A stretch of DNA of 64,000 nucleotides from Monocercomonoides exilis PA203 (GCA_001643675.2 LSRY02000019.1:496001-560000), one strand, 5' to 3'. Shown: positions 49,901-64,000, numbered from the stretch's first letter. The notes: a model not told the origin generated them from the sequence alone. Made by a program: numbers and translations.

Positions 49901-51699
49901 CAGGACGAAATTTTTATTTCGTGAAATTTTTTCCATTCTTTATTTTCCAATTTTTAGTCATTTGTAATTTTTCAAAATAATTTTTGCATGAGAATGCTAC
50001 ACTTTTCATAATATGATCGCAAAAAAAGTTTTGAACAAATCCCTGTTTTTTCATAAATGCAATAATTGTGCCCCATATATGGTTTTGACTGCATAAATAA
50101 GTGGCTGATCCTTTTTGAAAAGGCATAAATGAAATTTTTACAGATTCATTGAATAAAGGTACTTTTTTTTGAATTCTTGCAATTGGTCTGCTTAAAAATT
50201 TCACTAAAAAGTTTTTTGATATGATAAAATTTTTTATCATGTAATAGATGAAATTCAAATAAGAAATTTCAATTTAAATAACTTCATTTTATTCGAATAA
50301 AATATAAGTTTATTTGAATAAGACACACTTTATGCAAATGAACTCACTTCATTTAAGGATTCCCAACTTCATTTGAGTTTCTGTTTTGTTATAATTTCAC
50401 TTAATACAGAATAAAGAACATCATAATTATGACTTTCTTTAAAAATTATTTTAATGTGTTTTTCACTTTTGTGAAAATGTGAGAAGATAATTTCTTTTTT
50501 TTAGTAATTGAATAAAATGAACATATTGATTTTGATGCATTTTAAGGAAATTCCAAATATGAAAACTTTTCAAATACATTAATCGATAACAATTTTTAAT
50601 GTTTCTCTGTTTAAGTGAAATATTTGTAATCAAAAATTAATAAAAATATGGAAAGTTGAAAATACAGATATTCGATATTTGAATAACAAGACAATGGATC
50701 ATTATGCAAACGTAATACATGGAGCAATCAAGTTCTTTGAAAGCAGTGGATCATAACTTTTGTGTCGTAAATTGTTGATGGAAGGTGAAATAAAGACAAA
50801 TAGTTCAAATGCATATTTATGGAGAAGTAATGAAGAATTATCCATTAAACGTTCATGCTTGAATCAAAATTAATGTTTGCAAGTTGTGTTGAATGTTTGT
50901 TTTCCTGAATAATATTGAATGTGTTGTTATACGCATTTGAATATTCGTGTTTTTATTAAGGCTGGCAAAATGAAAATGCAGAACAAAATGATCGAGCAAC
51001 AAACAGAGATATACCTTATAGTTTTGAAGAAGAAGAAATCCGTTTTCTGCAAGATGAAGAAAAGTGAGGAAAGGGTATTTTAAAGAAAGAAAGACAGATG
51101 TGAAAACGTGGATATACATAAATTAAGCGTGAACATGACATTATGAAACGCTTGACCTTAGTTCCAGTTGAGGAAATGCTTAAGTTGAAAGATATTTTTT
51201 TATCTAAGAAGAGGAAATAATAGAGAAAAATGAGAGTTGGTAGAAAAAGAAATGTGGATTACCATTTGTTTCCTTTTTTGAAGGAAAGAAGTAAAGGGGC
51301 AAGTTGAATGTTTGAAGGATTCAGTGGAAACTGCTTGCCAGAAGAATGTGCAACCAAAGAAGAATAATTCAGATTCACACTTGTTTCAACGAGAGTCTTT
51401 GTATTAATTATCGTTAACCTTCATTATTCCAAATATCAAATAATTTCATCATAACATCTTCTTTTTCTTCTTCATTTCTTTCGAACTGCAATGATCTCTT
51501 CCTGGCTTTTCGTCCTCACTATAACTTGAAAGGATTCAACGCAGAAACACTCGAAAGCGCATTCTTTCCCCTTCAATGAAATGCTGCTGCTCATGTACCG
51601 TAGAAAGCAATGGCTCATTTTCATCGTTTCATCATTCTTCTTCCTCCTCCTTTTTTTCTTCCATATCAAATCCCATCTTCCTTATATACTTCATCGTTC

Positions 51700-52755
51700 T
51701 GATCTGGAGCAGCACGCCGATCAACTTCGCCATTCCGGATGCGGAGAATCGAAGAGAAGAAATTTTCAGAGAATGAGCAGCCATCATTATCGGAGCTTGG
51801 GATTGACCCTTCGGATGCGTCTGTGGTGGCGGCTTCACACACGTCGGCAGCAGCGATGGACTGCATCGAAAGACGGCTGCGAATTGTGGTGCCAGAGGCG
51901 GCTGGGGTGCATGGGCGGCACATGCCGCTGTCGCTGCAGCTGCTGCGGGCGCTGTAGACGCTGCGGGGATTTGGGGATCGCCTCAGTCGAGGCGTGTGAT
52001 GGCGAAGCTGGACGAGGAAGTGATGGGGCGAGGGGTTGCAGTGTGTGAAGCGGGGGAGATTGTGGTGAAGGAGCTGGAGGCAGCGGGGATGAGGACGGAT
52101 GACGATGTGGTTCTATTGCCAGTAGATATTGAACAAACTATGCTGGAGGAGCGGGAAGAAGCAGAGGAAGGAGAAAGGGGAGGCAAAGAGGGAGAAGAAA
52201 ATGGAGAAGAAGATGGAAGGAAAGAGGGAAGCGAGGGGAATGAGGAGAAAGGCTGATATCCGACAGCGCACAGAGAGTTTGTAGAAAGAATTAAAGAGAG
52301 CCAGGGGAAGCTGGAAGAAGCAATTGCACCGCTGGTTGTGGAAGGGCTTGGGCTGGGTCGGCTGAGGTTTGTAAAGGCGTGTGTGGGGACGGAGGCAGAC
52401 AAACAGTAATAAACAGAATGTGACATGCGTAGTTGAACGCCAGGCGACGGCATTCAACAGGAGAACAGGAGAGCAGAAGAAGAAGCAGAAGATGGATCCG
52501 GGCATAACTTCAGATGGAAATTCATATGGAGTAAAGAAAGATGAGGAACAAATGCAAATGTCGAAGAATGATTTGGCAATGTTTGAGGAGTCGGGGATAG
52601 AGGGCGGTTCGATTGATTTGGAGAAGGAAAAAGAGGAGGAGGAAGAAGAGAAAGTTGATGGAGACATGAAGTTTATATTTAAGAAATGTAAAGGACAAAA
52701 GCAGAAAGAGGAAATAATACTTGAGGTTCTGGAGAAGTGGACACAGAAGAAGTAG
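51700..52755 (+). pseudogene. GC-rich decayed ORF of unknown function
   Basis: Consecutive coding-like fragments broken by stops and frameshifts. Confidence 0.45.
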
Positions 52756-52889
52756 CTTCAGCTTCACATCAAAAAGGTATATTTTCACAAACATAGTTGA
52801 AGCGGAAGGAATAGGAAGAGAGTGTGAGGAAGAAAATGAAGAAAATGAAGAGATGAAATTTCTCATGAATATCCATTTGAAAAAAAAGG

Positions 52890-53700
52890 AGATAAGATGA
52901 TTGGAAGTCAAATGTTGCACTCAGAATTATCAGCTGTATTGCTGTTCCACAATCTTAGTGTTGGAGTTGTTGAACCACATTGCTGGAATGGAGATTGGGT
53001 TATGGCATTGCTTCTAAAGAAAACAACGTTTCCTCTTCCATCAGTTGCAGTGTTGCCATCGAAGAAACAGAATGTGATGAATTTTACTCCATTCATCCAG
53101 GAATATGTGTCTCTGTTAAACATTGCAGCACCTCCTAATGAAGATGACGAATTTGTCAATTTGTTGTTTATAAACTGGCAGTCATAAACCAGAAATTGAC
53201 TTGGTTTGTTTCCTGGAGGATCATAAAATGTTAAAGAATCTGCAGAATCGCCACCGGTATTTGAGATGCACTTGCATTTGGTGAACAAAAATTAGCAAGT
53301 TGAGGTCATATTTTTGAGCCAAAAAAACCAACCGGTTCCACACCAGTTTGTTATTGAACAACATTCCACTCTGTTATCTGAGAATGTCCAGACAGAACTG
53401 GATAGAGGATAAGCTATACAAATTACTCCTCCATGCTTTGTTTGACAACTTGTGAAATGAGATTTTGCGATACTGATTTGCAATAAATTTTCACAAAACA
53501 AAGCTCCTCCTTCACCATTGCTTGATGTACATTTGTTGAATGAGCAAGAAGTGATTGTGAGGTTGGCATTTGTGCAGTTGACATAAAGTGCACCTCCTCA
53601 GGTACTTCCGCTATTTGAATCATTTCATTCGCATAACTCAAATCTATAGCTGTTAACATCGAATGAAGTCAGTCTTCCAGGTTTCTTTCTATCAGTTTCA
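52890..53700 (-). pseudogene. Cys-rich parallel beta-helix (FxxC/GGA repeat) surface-protein-like remnant
   Basis: FTSC...GGVI, FTKC, GGAAMF and FCFFDGNTATDGRGN fragments in shifting frames. Confidence 0.55.
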
Positions 53701-54913
53701 TTTCCAATATACTCAACAGGAGCATTTGTGGAAGAGCGTGTTTGATGAAGGAAAGAAGTGTTGAAAATTAGAGAGAAGTGGAGGCTGTTTTGAGTGGTAA
53801 GGAATGAACGAATCTGGAGGAAGAGAGAGAAAATATTGCAAAAAGGATGGAAATTAGAGGAAACAGAAGAAGAAGAAAAAAGAAAATCAAGTTTGTCAGT
53901 GTCCACGTTGCATTAAGTGTATTTTTGCGGTTATTTGTGTATTAGACATTGAAATTGTTCAGAGCATTTCACTTTTCCTCTTAACATTTTTATCCAAATA
54001 AAAATCGTATCATCTGCGTTTTTTTTTTTTTTTTAAATAAACATAAAAATATAAATGAAACAAACCTTCAACTCACTTTATTCTACATTATTATGTCTTT
54101 CAAGCTCATTTTGTTGTAATTTCGTAACATTTTTAATTAAAATCAAATAGATCAAAGCCGTTTTAAAAATTGAATAACTAATTCTTAAAAAAGCAACACC
54201 AAATGTTCCGATTAGTAATTTTGAAAAATAAAATATTATTTTTCATGGCTTTTTCATGATGGATTTCAGCGTTAATTTGCGTATGTAGTCTTTAATTAAA
54301 ATAAACCAACTTCATTTGAATTAAATGGGTTTATTTGAATTGAAGAAGTTTATTCAAATTTCATCTAATGAATAATATTATTGTCAAATTTGATAGATCA
54401 ATAACAAAAATTCAAGAAAAAACGCCTTATTTCAATGAACCAGAGAATAAACTATTTGCAATTTTTAAAAAAAATAAAATCGAAATGAAATGAAAAAACT
54501 AATTTTTCGATTATAAAAAAAAATTATGATTTTTTTCGTAGTGTGGATTAATTCCAAGAATAAATTTATGGAGAAGAATTATTGCATGGTGTGATAAAAG
54601 TGTTTTATATTTGGGGAAAAATATTTTTCTTCAAGCGTTCACATTGAAAAATTATGCACTTTTCATTGACTTTTTAAGATTAAAAAACACAATAAAAATG
54701 GATATATTTTTTGACATTTGTGTAATGTTTGAAAACTTTTTGTTTTGATTTCAACGATGCCTCCTTACGGATGTGAAAATCCAATTATTTGAAAATCTGA
54801 GAAAGCGAAATAAAGTTATGAGTGAAGCAATTTTTTTGTGCCTTGTGCAAAAAAAGTTTGAAAGTTCGTATTTTCCCCCATTTCTTCTTCTTTTTCTCCT
54901 TTTTCTCTTTATA

Positions 54914-55153
54914 TGGATGATTCTTTTTGAAAAATCACAAATGTTTAATTTTCAAATTCTTCAAAATTTTCATATTTTGCTCAAATTTCTGTTTTAGCTC
55001 ACAAATCTCCTCGAGAATGTTAGAAATAGCTTTTTCAAGTATAAGATTCATTTTAGTGAAGTTTGATATTTGTTTACAAAATATTTAGCAAAATTTGAAA
55101 TTTTGAAGTATTTGAAAATTAAACATTTGTGACTTTTCAAAAAGAATCACCCA
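54914..55153. mobile_element. MITE, inverted homolog of 22363-22604
   Basis: Same TIRs of about 45 bp, TA on both sides; the interior aligns in reverse. Confidence 0.85.
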
Positions 55154-55157
55154 TATA

Positions 55158-55558
55158 CACAGATTTTGCATTTAATGCCGGACATCACACATAATACCGG
55201 ACAAGATCGTTTTCTCAATAACCACTCAAAGAGAAAATCTGATTATATTCCTCTAAATATATCATAACAATACTAACTCATTTGACATACAAAACTTTCA
55301 AAATAGCTTCATTTGTGCTTAGAAAAAAATAATTTTCAAAATCTAGGAAAAAAAGGATTGAGAGTTTCTCCGAGATTACAAAAAATATTTTATAAATATT
55401 CAGCCTGCGCGGAAATGAATATCCGTCATGCCAGATGAGGAAGTGTTGTTGAGGTATATTTGGAAGAATATTATCAGATTTTCTCTTTGAGTGGTTATTG
55501 AGAAAAAGATCTTGTCCGGTATTTTGTACGATGTCCGGCATTTAATGCAATATCTGCA
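55158..55558. mobile_element. Element with about 115-bp imperfect TIRs abutting the MITE
   Basis: 55160-55273 is the reverse complement of about 55441-55555; TA at both outer ends. Confidence 0.75.
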
Positions 55559-56449
55559 TATTAACATTCCAGACAAAAGACAGACTGCAAAGATCTCAAA
55601 TGTCATTTTCATATAATTTAATTGAAATTCAGATTTTTCATGACAAATGCTTTAATCGAAAAACTCACAGTTGAAATGTCGGTGATTATTTTTGAAATAA
55701 AATATTTGGGTGAAAATTTTTGAAAAATCACTTTTTTTTAGCCTGATCTGTCCCACAAAAAATCAAAAACTGTTTTTCATTAACCGTAATTATTTTTTGA
55801 TTTATTAATTCAATCTTTTATCTCACACATAAGCGTTTGACATATTTCAAATTTCAATTGTCATTGTTAACATTTCCTAAATGCTTCAATAATTAAAGTT
55901 TATTTGTATTTATACCTGTTATTTTCCTGCAATGTATTCAACTTTAATTTTCCTTTGTAACTTTTGCAATAAAGCAAGTTTCACTTATATTTTATTTGAG
56001 TTATAACAATAATTATCAATAAAATCTTATTTTGAAATGAATTAATTTTATATTAGCTTAATATTGGATAATATAATATGTTTTATTTAACAATTTTTCG
56101 ACCTTTTCACTTCCAATGAATCCGCAAATACACAATATCAAATTGAAAAGAACTTGTTTTCATATCGATAGAAAAATAATCAATGATAAACGTATATTAA
56201 AGCAAAATAGTTATATTTTCAATAATTGAAATATCTGGTTCATTTTTGTTTTTGTGTTGAATCAACAATTCAAATTCATTGATCTTAGCAGTGTCATTAA
56301 TTTGGTAAATATAAAATTATGACGCTGTAAGGAGCTTGATAATTATGATGTTTGAATTTGAAAAAATGAATATAAATTGAAACAAACAATTGAGTTGAGA
56401 GCAACAGTAAAAACGTGGTTTTATTGTGGAGTTAAGTGATCTGCTGCAT

Positions 56450-58300
56450 AGGGGTGCATGCGCACGAGTGAAATGATATTTGGTGGGTTATACTTCTAAT
56501 TCAGATGGTGGAGCCGATTTCGCAGATTAGACATAGCTGTCCGCAGTGACGAAGAATTATTTGGATTTTTTTTGCAGTTGATGAGAATGATTTCACTTCG
56601 ATCTTCGATCTGATTGATGAGCCTTATTCCTCGTCTGCAATAACGCTGTTTGTTCCTCGATAGAGGCTGTCGAGGCTTGATGTGGTGAAACATTACAACT
56701 ATTTGATAGACGAGTGGTTGCAGTATGCGAAGTGTGAGAGATTATAGGGAAGTGGCTGGAAGAAGAAGGGGTGAGGATGGATGATGAAGTTCTATTGTGC
56801 GAATGGAATGAACTGGTAACACGAGAGGAAGGAGAAAAAGTGTTCGGGATTTTTCATGTTGCTGCAAAAGATCCGAGGCAACAAGAGGATATCGAAGAAG
56901 ATAAGCGGGCTGGTCGAGCAGCTGTGTGAGTAGGATAAAATAGTCCGGATAAGGAAGATGAAGATTTTGGAGCAAAGCAACGCAGTGGTGAAAGAGCTGT
57001 ATGAGAAGCTGTCAACGATGAAGGAGAAGGCGGAACAAATGGATGCAGGGACTGAGATGGTGAATAAGCGCTGAATACAGCTGGGAGTGCAGGTGAGTGG
57101 CGAAAGCGAGAAAGAGCTGGCGAACTTGTGGGTTCCGCTTTCCATGCCATCTTCACTGGCTTTTGTTTGTCGTGTGGAGGTTCCGTCTTCGGTTTCAGTA
57201 ATTCTGCTGTAATGTCTGTGTGAAAAGTGCCAGGAGATGTTTGCAGCGAACATCGGGGATGGCATTGTTTTTTTGCTTGGGTAAAACATCAGTTGGAATG
57301 AGATCGTTGTGATTGTTGGAAACAAGGTGAGTGTTGTGGGAGGAGCAAACATCGGCGAGGGAAAGAGTGTTTGCGGTGGTAGAAGAGCAGATGCTAATGA
57401 TCAACAAAAAATGAGCAAAATGGAAAGGGAAGCGAAGATGCAAACGGTGCTGCAATAAGTGCAGGAGGAGACAATAAACCTGCAGAAGGTACTTTTCAAG
57501 AAGGTTATTGCAAAGCAGCAGATGGAGCTTGCGTTTAAAAGAAGCTGGAACAGAAGAAAATGAAGGAGTTGTATGAAGAGATGATGGAGCGTCTGATAAG
57601 CGCAGTGTCTTTGTTGCTGGAACAGATGGCGTACTAAACTGCACATGTGCTTCGGATGCCGCCCACGCGGCGGTCGTCTGTGCGGATGGAGCGACTGTTG
57701 ACACCGCTGAAGACTGGTCTGCTACAGATACTGGCGTGGACGCTGAAGACTTTCCAGGGAGTATATGGAGAAAAGATATTGGTAGATTTGAGCGATGGCA
57801 GTGCTGGGTGGGCAGAGGTGGGGGCTTCGATGCACGGGTTTGGGTGCTTTGTGTACATGTAGCTGGGGGAGAAGCACGCGGTGCAGAAGAAGAGCGAGGC
57901 TGCGCGGTGAGCGATGGTCTACGGGGTGGAGCTGTTCCGGAAGGGCTTTGCGGAGGTGTGGCTGTTTGAAAAGTTTGTGCGTGAGGAGTTCACGGGAGAT
58001 GAGCTGTCGTTCTTCCTGTACTGTTACACTGTGCTGTTTAAAGGGGTGCTGCCGCAGCAGCCGATGGAGGAGAGCGAGAACTTCCTGATGGTGTCATTCA
58101 GGATGTGCCGGAAGTGTATCAATACGGTGCTTGAAGCGGCGTAGGAAAAGAAGATCAAGGTGTTTTTTTAGGAGTTTGAGGGGCTGCAGTTGGAGAAATG
58201 AAAGGAAGAGTTATCTGTGTTTCTGGAGTACTTGCTGGACTTATATCGTTCAGAAGCAGCGATGCGGAAAGAGGAGAAAAGGTTCTGTGATGTCAAAAGA
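56450..58300 (+). pseudogene. Decayed coiled-coil protein gene
   Basis: Coding-like fragments (WTLKTFQGVYGEKILVD...EVWLFEKFVREE) with many stops. Confidence 0.5.
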
Positions 58301-60560
58301 AAAAAAACGCATTGACTTCTTCGTGTTCGTTTTCGTCATCGGGCGTGGCTAGTTGAGGCATCGCGTAAGATGATATGGAGTCTCTTCTGTGTGTGTGATC
58401 CACAGACACCACAGTCATAGTCGCTAAAGTTATTCTGAGATGAGTTCCAGCTGTCTGGTCGCTGTCTTCCTTCGTTCACATCTGCACTGGAAGTATTCCA
58501 GAGCAAAGATTTCTTCACATTGTGCCTGATTCATCCAGATGTGTGCAATGCTGCCAAGTGCAGATCTACTCTTTTCCTATCACTGAACAGCGCAGTTTTG
58601 AAGACGGTTAGCCGGTGCTGGATGATCAGGTGCAGGTGCTTACGTATGTGTCAGCGGAGGCAGGGATGAAAAGGCGGGTGGATGTGGTGCAGTTGGCGGT
58701 GAGAAAGAAAGAAAGGTGGCGAGCGCTGTTCGGGGTAGTGAGGCTGGCTGTGGAGTTGGTAGGACTGCAGCTGTGAATGAACGAGGTGGAAGGGGCAGTT
58801 TATTTTAAATTTCCACTGAGTAACGGGCAGTGAGTAATGAAGCTTCACTAGGCGATTGTTTGGAACAGAGAGAGAGGAAGGAGCCGATGTATTGCTAAGT
58901 TTTGTCTATATCATCTTCTTTTGTGCAGCTAAAATAGGTTCATTTGAAAGAGAGTGTTTTCGACAGCATGCTGCTGAACATTGAGTGTACATTGAGCGAA
59001 ATTGTTTCTTTGATTTCTCCGTTTTCACAAATATAAGCATTGTCATTTCCTTTTCAGCAGTCTTCTTTTTTGTATTCATCTTCTTTTTCTTTCTTTTTCT
59101 TTTTTCTCTTTTCTCTTCTTCAAACATCCCTCATATTTCTATTTTGATTTTTCATTTTTTTCTTCCTTTTCATTCAAATCATCTCTTTCATTCATATTTC
59201 TTAAAAATGTCTGCTTCTTCGCATTTTTTTGACAGATATCTTCTTCGGACTTATCATCATTTTCTATTTCCCTCTTTTTGTTTATTCATGATTCGTCGTA
59301 TATGTCTTCACAAACCATCAAAGGCCTCCTCTTCTATTCGCTTCAATTTTTGCTCCTTCTCGCTCCTCAACGCGCCACTTCATTTAAAATCCTCAGTTTT
59401 TATAAACGAGTCTGATACGCTCTTTTTCCACATTCCATGTTCATTCATTGGCATTAAATATACCTGTAAAAATATTCTAATTTCATGAGAAAAATTATGA
59501 ATGATAAAAACATTAATGAAAATAGCAAACATATGACTTTTATACAAATGAAATTAAAAAATGTTTTCTTCTCCTCCAAATATCGTCCCTTTATCAAGCA
59601 CAACCCGTCTGTCTCTTCTTCACTTTGCCTTTAATTCCTCAAAAAAATAAATAGCCAAAACCCAATTCTGCTTCCACTTAAATAATCTCCACTAACTCCA
59701 TTCATAAAAAATCGACGACGATGAGGAGGAAGAATAAGATAATTAATTCGAACTCTCAAGTTGATGTTTTTGAAAATTTTCATGTTTGCTAAGCAGATTT
59801 TTAGTGGAAAATGCTTGAATCCATCATTACAGTTTGTTTTCATACAATAATAATAAATGGTGAAGACAAATGTTCAAAGATAAATAAATCAAACCATCTG
59901 AAATATATAAAATGCAAAAAATTTATAATTTCATCATCTGAAACATTCTTTAAATACCACGCTCCGAAATTTCACTTTGTTCTTTAAAAGTTCAATGGAC
60001 AGTTTTCCTACGAAAATCCATCTCTTTTCGCTTTCGGTTATTTCTGTAAAATCATAATTTTTTTGATCTAAATATGAAATATAAATTCAATTTTTTTCAA
60101 GTCTTTAAACATTACCATGATATGTTCGAATAAAATTTCACTCATGGAAAAAACGAATATAAAGCAATTTAATGGAAGAGAACATTGAAAAATAATATTA
60201 TTACGGTATCTTATTTTTGATCTGTGGTGATTTTTCAAAAATTTTCTCCCATTTACTGTTTTAAATTTTTGTCTGAATATTTATTTTGAATATTCATATA
60301 TGAACACTAAATAGTGATGGATCCATTAATTGATCCATTTTCTATTTTTTCGTTCCAATATTTGGCTTTTGGAATAAAAAACATGCATTCAAATTTTGGA
60401 TGAATATTATTTAGCAAATGACGAAAAACCTTTTGATATTCAACACATGGAAAAAAGTTGTGATCTGAAAAAAAAATTACCCATTTGATTTCAAAAAGCA
60501 TTTCATCGATTTTATTTGTGATGTTCAAAGAATTACAATACTCCATTTATTATTTGAATA

Positions 60561-61241
60561 TGGTAAACTTTTTATTCAAAATTAATAAATTGAGTATTTT
60601 TTAAAAAATTTTTTTGTGAAAAATTGGTTTTTTGCTGAATATCAGAAAATATTGAAAATATTATATTCTCTCAATATTCGAAATATAGATGAGAATTTGA
60701 ACCCAGATTTTTATTATTTGTGAATAAACATGAAAATTTCTGATTTTTCAGAAAAAAAATCATCATCAAGGAAATAGGATAATTTTTGAATTATTTCACC
60801 TCACATCGATAAATAATGCATTATTCAACCAAGAAAAGTTGTTTGCATCAATGATACAAACAGAATATAAATGTTTTTCAGAACTGAATAAATCCACGAA
60901 TACAGTTTCTGAATTCTTTATTTGTTTTTTATTGTTTTTCTGAATAAACTTAAATTTATGTAACTTTTCTTGGTTGAATAATGCATTATTTATCGATGTG
61001 AGGTGAAATAATTCAAAAATTATCCTATTTCCTTGATGATGATTTTTTTTCTGAAAAATCAGAAATTTTCATGTTTATTCACAAATAATAAAAATCTGGG
61101 TTCAAATTCTCATCTATATTTCGAATATTGAGAGAATATAATATTTTCAATATTTTCTGATATTCAGCAAAAAACCAATTTTTCACAAAAAAATTTTTTA
61201 AAAAATACTCAATTTATTAATTTTGAATAAAAAGTTTACCA
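60561..61241. mobile_element. Foldback element: about 280-bp essentially perfect inverted arms, 121-bp spacer
   Basis: 60561-60840 is the reverse complement of 60962-61241; atttgaata lies on both flanks (possible 9-bp TSD). Confidence 0.88.
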
Positions 61242-61608
61242 AATTTGAATAATAAAAGGTGTACATTTGTTTTTTCTAAAGAAAAAATAGAAATAATCGT
61301 CAAATGTTGTGTGTCAGAATTTCTATAATTCTTTTCTCATAACAATGCTCGCAGAGAGGAAATCTTGTGTTTATTTGTAATTCTTTCAAAAAATGATTTT
61401 GTATTTCGAGAAAAAATTTATTATCTTTGCAAAATAAACAGTTCATAGCGTTTCACTCTTTTTCTTGGAAATTTTTTCCTCATGCGTGAACTTATCGAAA
61501 AATATTTTTTTGATTCAAATGGGATTATTTTTAGAAATATTTTGAATGAAACAAAATAACTATATGAAGATACTATGATGAAAATAAACAGATATGAAAA
61601 TTGTATTA

Positions 61609-62653
61609 CCATCGTTCTAAAACCCGGACTTTTTATTAAAATTCATATATGTCGACAAATTTCTAAAATTAAATTATGATAATACATACATTCATATACA
61701 GTATATAATACATCAAACCATGTACAAATTTTTATTTGTTGTGCAGTATTAATGAAGAAATAAATAATTTTTATTTTTGAAAATCCGACTTTTGATGAAT
61801 TTTTCTATTTTAATATGACGATTCAGTTCATCTTTTACACATATAACTTATTTTTTCTTTGTTGCAAACTGTTCTGGTTATTTTTCATTTTCGGCAATTT
61901 GCTCCTTCTGACGAAAAAAAAACTATAATTTTTTTTGAAAAATCATTATCAATGGGACAACTAAAAAAATATTTTTTGCAAAACGCAAAAACATACAAGT
62001 GAATTTTACACATGCAATGATAAATATTATGGTTATATAAAATTTCTTTATTGATGAAATTTAAATAATTCAGTCGGTATTTTATAAATAAAGATTATTT
62101 TCATTATTGATGATGTATAATGAACATTTTCATTGAATTTTCTACCAAATTGTATTTAATGAATGAATATAAATTCTATCATAATTTCATCAATAAAAAA
62201 ATTTATATAACCATAATATTTATCATTGCATGTGTAAAATTCACTTGTATGTTTTTGCGTTTTGCAAAAAATATTTTTTTAGTTGTCCCATTGATAATGA
62301 TTTTTCAAAAAAAATTATAGTTTTTTTTTCGTCAGAAGGAGCAAATTGCCGAAAATGAAAAATAACCAGAACAGTTTGCAACAAAGAAAAAATAAGTTAT
62401 ATGTGTAAAAGATGAACTGAATCGTCATATTAAAATAGAAAAATTCATCAAAAGTCGGATTTTCAAAAATAAAAATTATTTATTTCTTCATTAATACTGC
62501 ACAACAAATAAAAATTTGTACATGGTTTGATGTATTATATACTGTATATGAATGTATGTATTATCATAATTTAATTTTAGAAATTTGTCGACATATATGA
62601 ATTTTAATAAAAAGTCCGGGTTTTAGAAAAATTCCCGGGTTTTAGAACGATGG
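61609..62653. mobile_element. Foldback element: about 455-bp near-perfect inverted arms, about 120-bp spacer, TA flanks
   Basis: 61609-62062 mirrors 62183-62653; the right arm has an extra ccgggttttagaa copy. Confidence 0.9.
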
Positions 62654-62928
62654 TAATTCAAAAAATAAAAAATGTTAATGAAGTTATTCGAGAAAAGAAT
62701 TTTCTATGCGAAGTGCTAAAAATGCTTGAAAATTCATATTTTTCCCCAAACAAAAAATAAAAAACCGCAAATGATGTTAAACGAATTAAAAACTTTTTTT
62801 ATACGCAAAAAGCAAACAACATACTTAAAAATATTTATATAAAAAAAAATTCAAAAATTCATTTGAAAAAAGTCAAAAAAAATTGTTTTGAAAAACTGCT
62901 GGATTACAATAAAAAAATATTTTGCCTA

Positions 62929-64000
62929 TTAATGAGAAGAGAAAATAGAAAGAAAAGGATGACGAACCCTTTCAGCTTGGTTTTTATGTTCTATGATATG
63001 CTCTTGATACTTTGAAAACCAAACCTGTGCTCCACATTGATCACATTCAATCTGAATATCTTCGTCAGCTTTCCCGCCTTCAATGCTTGTATTTTGAGGC
63101 TGTTCTGTTTCATTATATTCTTCTTTGTTATCTTTCTCAAGCACACTCTCTTCGGCAATTGTATTATCTTCTTCTTTTTCTTTTTGCTCTTCATTCTTAT
63201 CCTCTTTTTCAATATCTTCCTTCACATTTTCAACAGTTGACTGTTCCAAACTGGGTTCATTTTCATGAGGTACTGAGACTGATGGCGGCTGAGGAAATAC
63301 GATAGGTGGAGATAAAACCAATAAAGGAGGCTTTGGAGCCTCTGGCAAAGGCACATCAGCAACATTTTTAGAATCTTGAGCTTCTTTCTGAACCAATTCA
63401 GAAGCAATATTCGATTCCTTCGAAATTACTGGCTTTTGTTCATTTATTTCATTATCTCCAGAGTAGCTGGGATCTTCCTTCGTGATCTGTTTATCAGTAT
63501 CAAGACTTTTTAATGGCTGAATTAGAGGGTTTGACAAAGATATTGATTCCATAGACGTATCTAATGTAATTCCAGACTGTTCACTACGACTACTTTCAAC
63601 AAGCTTTGAATTCTCTTTATTAATAGATTCTGGCAGTTCATGCGAAGGTTGTGGAGATACTTCTGATTTATTATTAAAAGCATTTGTAGAAAAAGTAACT
63701 CGCGACAACTCTGAGACTGTTGTTTCAATTCCATCAAGCCTCCCTGTGAATTTTGATAAATTTTCATTCATTTTCTAAAAAAAAAAAGTAGTTTAAGTAA
63801 AACAGATATTCATTACATCAAAAAATTAGTTGAAATAAAAAAACTTGATTTATTTCTTCAATCATTCCATAGAGTTGATTAAATTTGTCATTATTAGTTG
63901 CATCAACAACTTTTTTATCATCCATCTCTTTCGGCAGATTGTTTGATGTTATTAAGTTATCAATGTGACGGACTAAATCATAATAAAACAACTTCAAATT
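62929..64000 (-). CDS. Internal exons of a hypothetical acidic protein with a CxxC-x11-HxxxH zinc finger (UBZ-like); partial
   Basis: IECDQCGAQVWFSKYQEHIIEH; AG acceptor near 63775 and a further exon near the window end. Confidence 0.6.

Noticed and set aside
60225-60483. Further copy of the 257-bp MITE
   Set aside because: Only the right terminus matches convincingly.
1-64000. Alternative genetic code; tRNA or rRNA genes
   Set aside because: Intact genes end in TAA, TAG or TGA with none internal; no RNA gene was recognised by eye.

Overview
AT-rich, intron-containing protist genomic DNA using the standard code (TAA/TAG/TGA all end genes). Gene style and gene families suggest an oxymonad such as Monocercomonoides; this is inference only. 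The window holds two minus-strand DIRS-type tyrosine-recombinase retrotransposons. Element 1 (<1..6414) is near-intact, with gag, RT-RNaseH-MT, YR, an internal complementary region and a 36-bp tandem array. Element 2 (16326..20924) is decayed, has 27-bp ITRs and carries a nested 8-bp-TSD MITE. Other mobile DNA includes Merlin/ISXO2 transposase relics, a chain of TA-flanked MITEs and two long foldback elements. Host genes include an Fe/Mn-SOD-like protein, a Ser-rich FYVE-like protein, SerA-like dehydrogenase, an AZUL-HECT E3 ligase, ferlin, a TBL1-like WD40 protein, a CHK2-like kinase and APC10. The strongest unusual signal is a cis-motif shared by the two otherwise divergent DIRS elements: pol-frame TAG, N_UUU_UUU_CG, an 8-nt spacer and a GC-rich stem-loop, placed where the pol frame opens. 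This is the architecture of a programmed -1 ribosomal frameshift making a Gag-Pol fusion. Exon boundaries and remnant calls were read by eye and are approximate.
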